From assembly GCA_950097015.1 (NCBI GenBank), contig CATNEN010000007.1:4402001-4466000 (forward strand): a stretch of 64,000 nt of DNA, read 5' to 3'. The translations under genes were made by a program, and so were the position numbers. Positions 48,238 through 61,200 of the stretch are shown here, one piece after another. The notes beneath the pieces were generated by a model. It searched no databases. It saw only the letters and a program-made list of their open reading frames with translations, and had not been told where the DNA came from. The stretch comes from Macrostomum hystrix. Its lineage: Eukaryota > Animalia > Platyhelminthes. Position 1 is the first letter of the stretch. The number at the start of each line of letters is the position of its first letter.

Positions 48238-48545
48238 GGTCACAATCTGAGGATCTGGGAGACTTCAAACCACAGCCTGAGGATCTGGGAGACTTCAAAC
48301 AACTGTCTGAGGATCTGGGAGACTTCAAAAAACTGTCTGAGGATCTGGGAGACTTCAAACCACAGCCTGAGGATCTGGGAGACTTCAAACAACTGTCTGA
48401 GGATCTGGGAGACTTCAAACCACAGTCTGAGGATCTGGGAGACTTCAAACAACTGTCTGAGGATCTGGGAGACTTCAAAAAACTGTCTGAGGATCTGGGA
48501 GACTTCAAACCACAATCTGAGGATCAGGGAGACTTAATTCCTCAA
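48238..48545. repeat. 30-bp minisatellite (TCTGAGGATCTGGGAGACTTCAAACAACTG) just upstream of TACC
   Basis: About 10 copies. Confidence 0.95.
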
Positions 48546-49297
48546 ACAACAGCCTGAGGAATTCATCCTCAGGACTTAATCAGAGGATTTAAAAAATATT
48601 GACAAGCCAATGCAGTACTCTTTCAAAAGCCTGAAGTCAAGTTCATTATCATTTTGTCCCACTATAATAAAATGTCGATCAATATTTTACAGCGAATTTT
48701 CCTAGAAATCAGTTAAACAGATCATTTCATACAAGAGACTGGAACGCGTGTATGAAAAAGTAATGATTAGACTAAGCAGTTAAGTTGGGTGAGCCGGTGC
48801 GTAAATGTTTACTACGAATGCTCAACTATACTTAATAGATTGCAGCAGGAACTTCTCAAGCATGGAACTTTAACTAGCTGTCATAGTTACATAAACTAGT
48901 TAGTTGTTCAGTACAACACCGTTTTTTAGAATAAAGAAACATAGGCTGCTTTTTGGACAGCAAACCTAAGATAGCAAGCAAGCAAACGCAAAAGCTGTAT
49001 TAAAAAACACGCATGAGCATACTCAGCAAATTTGCAGGTGAGCAGACCAGCATATATACTATTTTATATTTCTAATTAACAACGTCCCCAAAAAATGAAG
49101 AAGAAATAATTTAAAGCCAGGGAAGGGAGAGGTGAGAGAACTGATAGTTCGTAATCACGAAAAGTCACACGGGACCAAACTCAGCAATATAATCATAGAA
49201 GGAATAGCATAAGCAGTATTGATCAGATGAAACGAAAATGTAGTTTAAGAAACAGAGTCGAACAACGGCAGGCTGCACCCCCAGCGCAGCGAATCAA

Positions 49298-52200
49298 TCA
49301 CTTCCGCTTGCCCGGCTCGCTGGCTGTAGGCGGAGGAGGCGGCCCCTTGGCCTCGCACTCGCGCAGGTAGTCCAGGATGATGCGGTCTCGGTGGCCAGCC
49401 AGCGGCTCAAACACCAGGTAGCGCCGGTCCTTGGAAAGCGCCGAGATCAGGTCGCGCCGCGCCGCCTCGCTCTCCTCGTAGCGGCGGCCGGTCTCGTGCG
49501 TGACGAATTTGCACTCCTCCAGCAGGCGGCGCAGGTCCTGCCTGGCGCGGTCCAGGCGCACCTCGAGCCAGGCGTTGAATTCCCGCTCGCGCTTCCTGTC
49601 GTGGCTAGAGAATTTCTCGTAGCGCGGATCGTCGCGAATCAGACGGCGCACCTGGCGCCAGTTGGCATCCAGCCCGATGCCGTCAGTGTCGTCCAGGAGT
49701 TTGTGGAACATCTCTTTGCTCTTGGCCACCAGCACCTTCAGATGGTCGTCGAAGATGGCGGTTTTCTCGTCGCGGCTGAGCGCTTCGCAGGCCTGCCAGC
49801 GCGCGTCGCGTCTGAGCGCCTTTTTAACGTCGCGCCAGGTGGCATCCGGGTGGCGGACCATGTCAGACAGGAGGGCGCGGAACATGTCGGCCGCTTCGCT
49901 GTGCTTGTGGGCGTCGCGCTCCTGCAGTCACGGATGGAATCAGCAAATATATATGATTTTTTTGCACGCTTAGCCGCAGCCATTGTGCGGCTCTCTGTAC
50001 ATCTGTTTAGTCCGTGGACTGGGGAAGACGGTAAACGCAGCCAAATTTCAACTGCTGCTGCTATTGCTCGTACCCATAGCTGGGTGAACTGAAGCAAAGG
50101 GGAATTAAGTGTCTCGCTCAAGAAAAAAATTTCTATCGTGGGTTGAGAGTCGAACTCCCGACCTCCCGTACTTCAGAAGTCCAAAGCACTAACCCATAGG
50201 ACTAAAAGTTCCTTATAAGTAATTATTGGTCCTAAATTTAGGCGGTGTGAGTGGCAGAGCGGTTGACGCGTTTGCCTCTCGCACCAAGGTTCCGGAGCTC
50301 GATTCGACGGCGAGGCCACATTTATTTGGGGCGCAGCCGCGGAGAGGAGGCTTGGGGGCTTGTCGTGCAATTTAAGCTCTGGACGGCCAACTTCCAAGGT
50401 ACAGTGAGTGTACACTGCCTGACGATGTGAGCGTATGCCTGCATCTGTGTGCGTGTGTGCTCAGGAGTAAGCGAAATGGGCAGAATTGCCTCCACGCTGG
50501 TTGCAGGTCTTGTGTCACCAAATGATGTGCCATTGCCCACAGCCCTCCTGCAATTATTACTATATTTTATAGTCAGAAATGTGATGCAGAATATCAGGAA
50601 ACTTTTCTGCCTAACCTTGTCGCGCTCGCGCAGAATAGAGGCCATCTCCTCCTTGACAGCCTTCTCTCTCTCCCGGATGCTAGCCTCCTGACGCTCGCGA
50701 CGCTCTCTATTGCGACGCGTCTCCTCATCCTCGACGGCATCGTCATCTTCATCGGAGGCGGCTGCCGAATTTGCCGCAGCCGTGGCGGAAGGAGCAGAGC
50801 CAGCACCGGCAGCGTCGGCGCCATCGCCAGCGCCAGATTTTTCGGCGCCGCGATGGGAGTGATGCCGATCGCCCCTCTGTCATTGGCGGGGCGGCGTCGG
50901 TTTTGTAAATGAATGGGAGAAAGTGCACTTCACAAACATATCATACAATTCGCGTCGGCTTACACTATCCAAGCCCTTGACGTATTCCTTGAAGTAATCC
51001 TCCCTGCGCGAGCTGCTCTCCACTGCTCTGTAGCGCGAGTCGGATTCGATCGACTTTCTGACTTCGCTCCAGCGGGACGAACGACTCAGGCCCGACTGCT
51101 CCTTCAGCAGCTTCAGGAAGTCCGACTTGGCCTAAAATGGGCGCGGAAAGCGCAGAGGGGCGGGCGGCCCCATGGGGGAAGGCGTGTTAGACCACTCTTG
51201 AGAAAGAACAATAAAAGTACAATTTGTAAAGTCGAAACAAAAAGCAAAGCTGGCAATTCTGGAGAAGTGTGGGGATCAGAAATATAGTAATTTTTCTGAA
51301 TGAAGCCTAGAATTCACAATTTAATGATCGAAACGACACTAAATGCAACATTTTAATGCATTTTTCATAAGCTTTCGTACAACTCAATACAGAATCAACA
51401 GTTTCTTTGAGTATAGCTCATGTTTTTAAGTATGACAATAAATTATAAACTTACAGAACGTAAGTGTGTTTGGTCTGTAATTTTGCGAGAGACTGTTTAA
51501 TATATCACTGCAGGGTTCAGCTTGTTACTCTTAGCAATAAATGAGAAGACTTAGAAAATAAAATAGGTTAGGGAACTTCAAAATCAATTTTATATAAATC
51601 GCCTTTATAATTGATCATATCCTGGACTAGATGAAAAAGAACGCGAAAAACAAACACTAAAAAAACTGCGTCAGTCAACTTGTTAGGTTAGAGTTAAATA
51701 AAATAAACGCAATAACAGTATCACAAAATGATAAGTTTATGCACATAGAAATGCTTGTCAGTGATTTGGTACATTAAATGCCAGGGCCAAACGGAACGGG
51801 ATGCTGCTGTACTTCTGTGAGGTGAAAACCAGCCCTTCTAATAATGACTGGTCAAGTAGGACCCAAGTTAAGCTATTTATAGAATCTTTTTGGGGAACCC
51901 CGGAGAACTTATCGAAATGGGCACGCGACTTGGCCACCTATTTGGAGCGTTGCGTCATTGAATTTAAATAGGTAAAGAAGAATCTGAGAAATAATGGCAG
52001 TTTTAAACACACCGGAGAGAAAAAAATCTTTTTTTTAATTTTAACAAATCGCGGCAGAGGTGAGACGGCAGGAGCGCGGGGGCTTAAAGCGAGCCGGGGC
52101 TGCCAGCCACCCCACGCCCCCCCCGCCTCCAGAGTACACGCACGCACGCACAAAGCACCACCCGGTGTGTCTAACACACCTTACTCAGAGAGTAACGAAC

Positions 52201-55200
52201 GCATTATGCCATCGTAGTGCGTATACAATTTAGTCATATGCTAGAAACTTTGCCCTATTCATTGATACAGAAGTTAATGCTTCTTCACCATAAAATAATG
52301 TGCATGCAAATAAGTTGGTAAACAATAAAATAGTTCAACCTGTTGGGTAAACCCGAGATTTCCTAATTTTTATAAAAGTACAATTCAAATGAGTGAGTGC
52401 CTAGCAGGTGGAATCAATAAAAAAGAGCAATGAATTTCTATTGCTTTATGTCCAAGCGCGTTTTTACAATGTTAACTTATTTTTTCACCCACAAAATTTA
52501 GTCTTTCAACAAGAAACACAACGAGATCAGCACTTGCCACACAAATATTACTAGCATTCACTTTCTGTAAGTAGTTTTATAAATTTCTTAGATTACGTCT
52601 GCAGGCTAGTGTGAACACCTTCAGGCTGCCATGTAGCGGAATTAAAGGTGAGAAGAAAGTTAAGAACAATGTGCAAAACAAAAATGACTGCTTAAATGAG
52701 CATAACTTCATTAAATGTGTTTGAGAGGCCCGGGGTAAAAGTTCATTTTAAACAGACCAGCTGCTTGGACTAATTGTTTTGATTAGCGGTTTAGTAAATA
52801 AATTAGCAAAGAATCAAACTAATACTTAAAAAGATTAGCACAGGCGCCTTTCCTTGCGAGAAAATCGGCGTAAAATTGACGACTCTGTTAAACTACTTTT
52901 AGTAGTAATATAAATTAGACAATATTTATGCTGCTCTAGTAGTTGGTCAAAATATTCAGTAGTAAATAAGTGATAAATTAGCCGAGTGCCTGATTGGTGC
53001 AGGTATGGATGATGTGCGCGGTGCTCTGAGAGCAAGAGATTGGGAAGACAGAGCAGTGCGCTAATCAGTCCTTAGGCTCAATGTGCACCGATTGATCAGG
53101 TGAAGGGCACAACAAATGGCGCAAGATTTTAGAGAAACCCGCACACAAACAAAACGCAAGCCAGCTGGCCAGGTTAGTATTTGTATATTATTCGTTACAG
53201 ATTAATTAACAACAAGGTAACAAAAGGTTGTAGCGAATATCAACTGACACAAAAAACTGCGTTTAGGTGGTTTTAAATGTCTAGTCATAGTTTTTTATTT
53301 ACAAAAAAGCGGAAGGAAATAATTGCGTACTCGGTTGTAGGCAAGTATTTCGTCTATTAAATAAATAATAAAATAATAAACCGTGCACTATTAAACTGAG
53401 AATAATGTGGCATAGAGTACAGGCGGAACTAAATAGTTTAAAGAAATGTTCCACTAGCTACAGGAGCACAGAGCATAATGAATTGCAAGCAGAAATTATC
53501 GTGCTACTTTATTGATTAATTACGAATGCAAAACGAACCGTATTTCGCATAATAGTTACATGCACTTTTATTAAGACAGTTCACACTACAGCAGCTGATG
53601 TTAAAGTATTCTATTTCCAATATGTATTTGATTCAATTCAATTTCATTACTATATGGCAATGGTGGATTGTGAAGCAGTATGTCGTCCTAGCCCTGAATA
53701 ATGATCGCCGCCACGACACACGCACTATTCAATGGCCTAAACGAGTCCCGGAATTACATCTCTCTTGTGCTCATACCAAACACAAAAAATTGTCTATGGC
53801 CAATCTTAGAAGATTGAGTGCAAAAATCTGAAAATTTCAGGGACTGGCTATCTTTACTCTATGGACCATAGACTATGCAAGACAAGACTAAATAATGCCT
53901 TGTCCATGGTTTTACACTGCAATAAGTTTGCCTTATTTGCCTAGGCTTGTACAGACAATTACGAGTAAATGTACAGCAGCTAGCTAAAGTACAATAGGTA
54001 TGTTAGTTTTAGGCAAGCCAAAGCGCGCACAGCCAGTGGTAGATTTATGCTAGGCTTCCGAGTGCGTAAATAGACTTGGCACGCGTGCGCGCAGCGCACG
54101 AGTGCCATAGACTATTTACGCACTAGGAAGCCTAGCATAAGTGCATTGATTTATGACCAAGTGTGTGTGCGCAAGACCAGCTCCTTCGGCCCATAGACAA
54201 TACCCGTCTGGGATTTACTGCATAGTAGCTGCAGGTCTACTACTACCGCATAGTCATGTCATTTACCGCACAGTTGCGGAATTTACTGCACACTTCAATC
54301 TATTTCTTTGATGGCCTTTGGGCCATAAACTATACACGAGCTTGAGACGTTTACGCACACTTGGTTATATGTCAATGGATGATTAACATAGATTTTACTT
54401 AATCAGAAACTAGGAAAAACCAAAAACTTCCCAAAGTAAAAAATAGCACAGAAGTTAAATATTGTGAGACAAGTATTGTGAAGCAAGTTGAAAATAATAA
54501 CGGGCTCAATACCAAAAGATCTAATCAAGTAATTTCACTAATGCTATAATGAACCATAAAGTATATCAATAAATAAAAAACGAATTTATATTATAAAGAG
54601 AAAATGTAGGTAGAACGGAAACAGTTAAACAATCTGGTCAAAAGGAAATGCAAATTATACAAGTACCATTCGGTACATCTGATTGTATTGGCTTCTATGA
54701 CCTTGTCCTCGATCCTAAATTCTTACACCTAATGCACATAATCATTTCATATTTAGTATTCATACGAGTAAACACTTAAAAGTTGCTGCAAAAATGCAAA
54801 ACAAACTAGACTGTTAAAATGGTATGACACCAGATCAGACTGGGGGTTGGTGGTACAACCTGAGACTGATGGGTTGGTGGTATAACCTGAGACTGAGGGG
54901 TTGGTTGTACAACCTGAGACTGAGGGGTTGGTGGTACAACATGAGACTGAGGGGTTGGTGGTACAACCTGAGACTGAGGGGTTGGTGGTACAACCTGAGA
55001 CTGAGGGGTTGGTGGTACAACCTGAGACTGAGGGGTTGGTTGTACAACCTGAGACTGAGGGGTTGGTGGTACAACATGAGACTGAGGGGTTGGTGGTACA
55101 ACCTGAGACTGAGGGGTTGGTGGTACAACCTGAGACTGAGGGGTTGGTACAACCTGAGACTGAGGGGTTGGTGGTACAACCTGAGACTGAGGGGTTGGTT

Positions 55201-58200
55201 GTACAACCTGAGACTGAGGGGTTGGTGGTACAACCTGAGACTGAGGGGTTGGTGGTACAACCTGAGACTGAGGGGTTGGTGGTACAACCTGAGACTGAGG
55301 GGTTGGTACAACCTGAGACTGAGGGGTTGGTTGTACAACATGAGACTGAAGGGTTGGTGGTACAACCTGAGACTGAGGAGTTGGTGGTACAGTCTATACA
55401 ATGATAGATCTCAAACGCGCAATGATTTGAAGTCTTCAAAAAATTAATTGAAAGTAGCTAGAAAACATTTTACAAACAAGCATCTTGAACCCTTATTGAT
55501 GTAAGCACAAATAATAATTGCGTTATTGAATTCTGCACTTCAAGTCAAGTGACTATATAAAATACGAAAAATCTAATTTAGTTTATCCTATTCATGTTAT
55601 GTTTCAGTTCATGTTATTACTGGCGATCATGCTTTAATAGCGAGTGTTCACAATTTAACATTCGAAACAGTTTAGAAAACAATTTTTCGATCCACCTACA
55701 AAAAATGAATGCTTGCCGCTGGAAAAGCATTTATTCAATCTGAATTGAAACGGGTTTGAATTTTTTTAATAACGTCTCTTTTATAAATATATCAAGGGCT
55801 TGGTAACGAAGGAGCTAAATTGCTTCTTAATCCGTCATTGAGTCAGCTAGCCTTGGAACTGCAACAAACTGCAACAGCAAAACGGAAAAACTTAAAAAAC
55901 TTTTCACAACGCACAAAAACACTTGCGGAATGTTACAAGCCCCAGTAGAAAATGTGCGAGACAGATTAAAATCACGGCTTTGCTAAAGTTGATTTCACGG
56001 CCAAAAATATTCTACAGAAAAGGCATGCTTTGCACTTACTCACAAGCTAGCACGACCGCTCAGATATTTAAGGATATTTGGTACACCTTAGCCCATTGTC
56101 TAGGATTGGGCTCTTTGTTTTTCAAAAAGTACGTGTTTTACTTTATTGATTAATTTTAAGTAGGTAATTAGCTTTTCATTATTTTCCTTTGAAACAGTAC
56201 ACCATAAAATGCACTTTTAACAAGTTATAAAAGTACAACGCATTTAACTTATGCGTTCGCAACATCGAGAGAAGCCACTCGGATAACACCTGGAAATGAG
56301 CCTGACAAATACCTGTCCCTCTTGTTCAGTCGAGGGCAGTCACAGAGCCTCCGTCGCGCTGTAAGCTGCACCAAATTACCCAAAAAGTGCAAAGCAGTGC
56401 TTGATGTCCAGCCGCAGTTCACAAACCTTTTTTGATTCCGCGGCAAATTCTCAGCGCAGCTGCCGGCGCTCGGTAAGCTCTTCGGCCTCAGCAATTAAGA
56501 CACAGCCAAGATGAGACTACATAGACAGCGAGCGGACAGTCACAATGTGTGAGAGAGACAGGGCGGACGAAACGATGTTTGAGATGCGGCTGCGTGCAAG
56601 AGTTGCCTGTACTTTTAAAAGGCTACCGCTATGGCATAACAATGGGAGCATGGCCGGATATGATACGCTTACTACTAGGCTCAAAAGCAAAATAAAAGTA
56701 TATTGTATATGAAAGAGAAAAACTTTTAAGCGCAAAATGTGATTTAATACAAGAAGCTGAGCAACATCAAGAATAGGCACACAAATAACCGAATCATTTG
56801 CTCTCATTGTTTCTCTACTCAAACTTGACTGATCTCTGATCACAATACTGAACACCTATCCTATCTATAAGCTATCATAACCTGAGCAAAATGAATATCT
56901 ATGCAGCATACATGTCTATTTTATAAAATGATTATTTTAATAAGTCATGGCGACCACTTTTAATATAGTAGCGGAATGTATTAGTTACAATTCTGGAGAG
57001 TGCAATATGCTTTAGTTATTTTCAATAGCTCGTATAACATCAACATTCTGAATATTATTCACTGTAAAAACTACCTAACGGTGTGCTAACAATGCTACTA
57101 TTGTTAATTAATAATGGTGAAACACAGAAGCCCTACTTATTACAAATATATATATATTATTCTTAAACAAATCTATTGATTAAGATGAATTAACTGTTGT
57201 TTGACAAAATAATCTATAAAAAGTTAGCGAGTACTCATTAAAGCTAGACCTGTCTGCTAGAAGTACTTTTAATGTCGAAATCGAAACTAAGCATGTGGCA
57301 ACAGATATGAAATATGTAACTCGGATACAATACCTAATCATTCGAATGGATGATCCCGCAATCTTAGACTGTATGATTAATCGTTTTTTAATGGGCGAAA
57401 TTATCTTTCTGCTAATAACTCAGACTTTAAATCTGGTACCGAATTGCGAGGCTGCGTAAAGAAATAATTCAGAAATTCAGACTGGGGTTAGTGCAGAGCT
57501 TTATGAAATCGCACTAAAAGTACAACACGCACAGGATGGATTGTAAAACAGAATTCACCGGTGGAGAGTACAAAGTTCTGTTTTATGTCGACAAGTCAAA
57601 GAATATCTTTTCGAATAGAAAGAGAGTCAATTTGTGCATTTGTATAGTGACACTTGTGTATAAAACTATTTTTCCCATGCAATCAAAGTTCTTGCATCTT
57701 ATAAATACTAGTACAAACTTTTAGGTCTTGCTTGCAACCAGCATAATTTATTTTATCTTATTAGTCATTTTTCTATGTTTAATAATCACCATCAAGAGAG
57801 TATGACTGATATAAAGCAATTGAACATTAGTTTAAAAGATAGGCTACGCTTATATGTTTGCGAATTGATTTAGATTACAACAGCATGAAACCCTAATCAC
57901 TAAGGCTTGCACCCACCCCACTCCCATCAAGATCAGGCGTGCATCCACCCCACTCCTATCCGGATCAGGCTTGCATCCACCCCACTCCTATCCGGATCAG
58001 TCTTGCATCCACCCCACTCCTATCCGGATCAGGCTTGCACCCACGCCAGTCCCATCCAGATCAGGCTTGCACCGACCCCACTCCCATCCAGATCAGGCTT
58101 GCACCCACCCAACCCCACTCCCATCTGGATCAGGCTTGCATCCACCCCACTCCCATCCAGATCAGGCTTGCACCGACCCCACTCCCATCCAGATCAGGCT

Positions 58201-61200
58201 TGCACCCACCCAACCCCACTCCCATCCGGATCAGGCTTGCATCCACCCCACTCCTATCCGGATCAGGCTTGCACCCACGCCAGTCCCATCCAGATCAGGC
58301 TTGCACCGACCCCACTCCCATCCAGATCAGGCTTGCACCCACCCAACCCCACTCCCATCCGGATCAGGCTTGCACCCACCCCACTCCCACCAAGTTCAGG
58401 CTTGCACCAACCCCACTCCCATCCGGATCAGGCTTGCACCGACCCAACTGCCATACAGATCAGGCTTGCACCCACCCAACCCCACTCCTATCCGGATCAG
58501 GATTGCACCAACCCCACTCCTATCCGGATCAGGATTGCACCGACCCCACTCCTATTCAGATCAGGCTTGCACCCACCCAACCCCACTCCCATCCGGATCA
58601 GGCTTGCAACCACCCCACTTCCATCCGGATCAGGCTTGCAGCAACCCCACCCCACTCCCATCCGGATCAGGCTTAAACCCACACCACCCCACTCCCATCC
58701 GGATCAGGCTTGAACCCACCCCACCACACTCCCAACCAGATCAGGCTTGCATCCACCCCACTCCTATCCGGATCAGGCTTGCACCCAACCCCACTCCCAT
58801 CCGGATCAGGCTTGAACCCACCCCACCCCACTCCCATCCTGTTCAAGCTTGCACCAACCCCACTCCAATCCAGATCAGGCTTGCAACCACCAAATTCCAA
58901 TCCAGGCCAGGCTTGCGCACCACCACTCCGATCCAGTGCAAGATCAATATGCGACCCGTCCGCTGCAGAGTGCAGAATACAGTCAATTTATACCATGCTT
59001 CAGAGCAGCTGAAATCCTGCTGCAAAGTCCAATGCACCTAGCTACTTGTCACAATAACTTCCACAATGCTTGAATATACTACTGTTCTAGAAATTGATTG
59101 CTGAAACAGCAGTTCCTAAGCGAATATACTAACCCAGAAACCTAAAACTCTGGCACACGAAAAAAGGCAAAACTGCTTGCTTACCTTCTCCTTCTCGCGC
59201 TGCCTCTCCTCCCTCTCTTGTTTCTTCAGCTCTTCGGTGATGAAATCGTGGAACAAAAGTTCGCGTTCGCGAGCCTTCTCGATGCCCTTAAAGCGCTCGT
59301 CCTTGCCCCATTTGGTGGAGAAGTCCTGGAAGGTTGTCCTGTATGCGGAAAACAATTACTAATTTGTAGCACAGTAACAAGACCATTCTGAACTCATCGA
59401 CCAAGCATATTTGAATTATTCAAAGACTTTTTGTTAGACAACTTTTTAGGCTCGAAACTTACTTGGCGCTAACTTTAGCCTCCTCCAGCAGCGCCTTGTA
59501 GGCCTCCTTCTTCTCCCTGAGCTTCCGGTTCTTCTCTAGCCGCTCCTCCTCGGCGCGCTCCTTCATGTACTGATCGAACACCTGCTTCCGCTCTTTGCTA
59601 GGCAGCAGCAGGTAGCGGGGATCGAAAACAATCTTGTGCAGCTCCTTGTCCCAGGTGCTGAAGGCTGACACCTGCTTTTCTGCCAGCATCTCGCGGAACT
59701 GCTGCATGCGGGCGTCCAGCGGCAGGCTGGCCCGCTCCCTGGCCGCCTGCACCTCCGCTTCGAACGCGTTTGCCTTGCCTGGCTCAATCTTCTCCCGCTC
59801 CAGCAGCGGCTTGTCGCCGCCGCCCTCCTCGTCTTCGTCGGCCTCTTCTCTCTCTTTGTCTTCGTCGTCTTCTTCGTCTTCGTCGTTATCGTCCTCTTCG
59901 TCGTCCTTGTCGGAGCCGCTACTGCCACTTCCATGGCGTCGCTTCTTCTTCTGCTGCAACTTCTTGCCGGCTGGCTGACGGCGCCGCTTCTTGGCCTTCC
60001 TTCGCCCAGAATCTTCATCATCGTCGTCTTCATCGTTGTCTTCATTAGATTCGTCAACTTCGTCGTCATCGGAGCCCGAGTCCTCCTCTTCATCACCGTC
60101 TTCGTCTTCATCGTCCTCATCGTCGTCGTCCTCTGAGCCGCTGCGCTTTCGCTTGCCGGCAGACAGCTTCTTTTTCTGGCTGTCCGCTTTCTTTTTCTTT
60201 GTCTCCTTAGCCGCCTTTTTCTTCTTGGCGGCGGAGGCGCCCGTAGCCGCCTTGCCGGCTGAGCGCTTCTCGGCGGCCCCATTGCCTAGAATTCTATCGA
60301 CCTCTTTCATACCCACGAGCTCCTCCGGCCTATCCCATAGCGACAGCCGCTTGGATGGGTTAAAGAAGAAGACTCGCTCGTCGCCAGTCCAGACGACGCA
60401 CCAAGGAGTGCCAGGCACTGGCTGGCTCTTAACTGGGCGCGACTTGTCCTGCTGCTGCTGCTGCTGCTGTGGTGGTGCAGTCCGCGCCTGCTGATGCTGT
60501 TTATCGGTCTCGGATTGGCCGCCAGATACTGCGCCGGCAGCAGCAGAGACTGCAAGCTCCCTGGCTGCCAGGCTTGGCGCAGCAAGAGCCGGCTCCTTGG
60601 CAGACAGCGGCGCAACAGTGGGCGCCGGCGGCTTGCCGCCAGCCTCCCAGGCTAGCAGGGGCGCAGGCTTCTCCCAGACAGTCTCACTAGTGCGAAGGTT
60701 GTGATAATACGGACGGCCATCGTCGGCGCGGTACTCAGCCCATTCAGCCACCTCCGGAGGCTTCGCGGGTCCATTCGGCGGTGGCGGCTGTTGCTGCATT
60801 GACGCATGCTGCTGCTGCTGTTGCTGAATCAAAGCTTGGACGCCAAACGGTTGCGCAGCTGTTGGCATTCCCTGACGGACAGACGCAGCACCGGCCAATT
60901 GTCCGGGGCCACCGCCGACACTGGCGGCGCCTTCGGCTACTGCGTCTACTTCGGCCTGTAGTGAAGGCAAAAAGGCTAAAACATGACGGACACCTGCATA
61001 CAGAAAGCCAAGAGCTTAATAAAATGCTTAATAAAAAAAAACTTTCCAATACCTGAGTCATGATTCTGGCTCCTTCCGGGCGTTCCCAGCGCGTCTCCCG
61101 GCTGCGCAGGTGATAAAAGTAGGCCTTGCCGTCTGGCGTGCAATTCTCCACCCAGACATTATCCGGCGGTGGCGGCGGAGGAGGCGGTGGCGGTGCCGAG

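Noticed and set aside
50125-50205. Functional tRNA-Arg gene
   Set aside because: The acceptor stem cannot form; kept only as a pseudogene or SINE head.
54753-55447. CTTNPSVSG / VVQPETEGL repeat proteins
   Set aside because: 27-bp minisatellite inside a TCERG1 intron, open in most frames.
57907-59041. His/Pro-rich ORFs up to 356 aa
   Set aside because: Intronic minisatellite translations.
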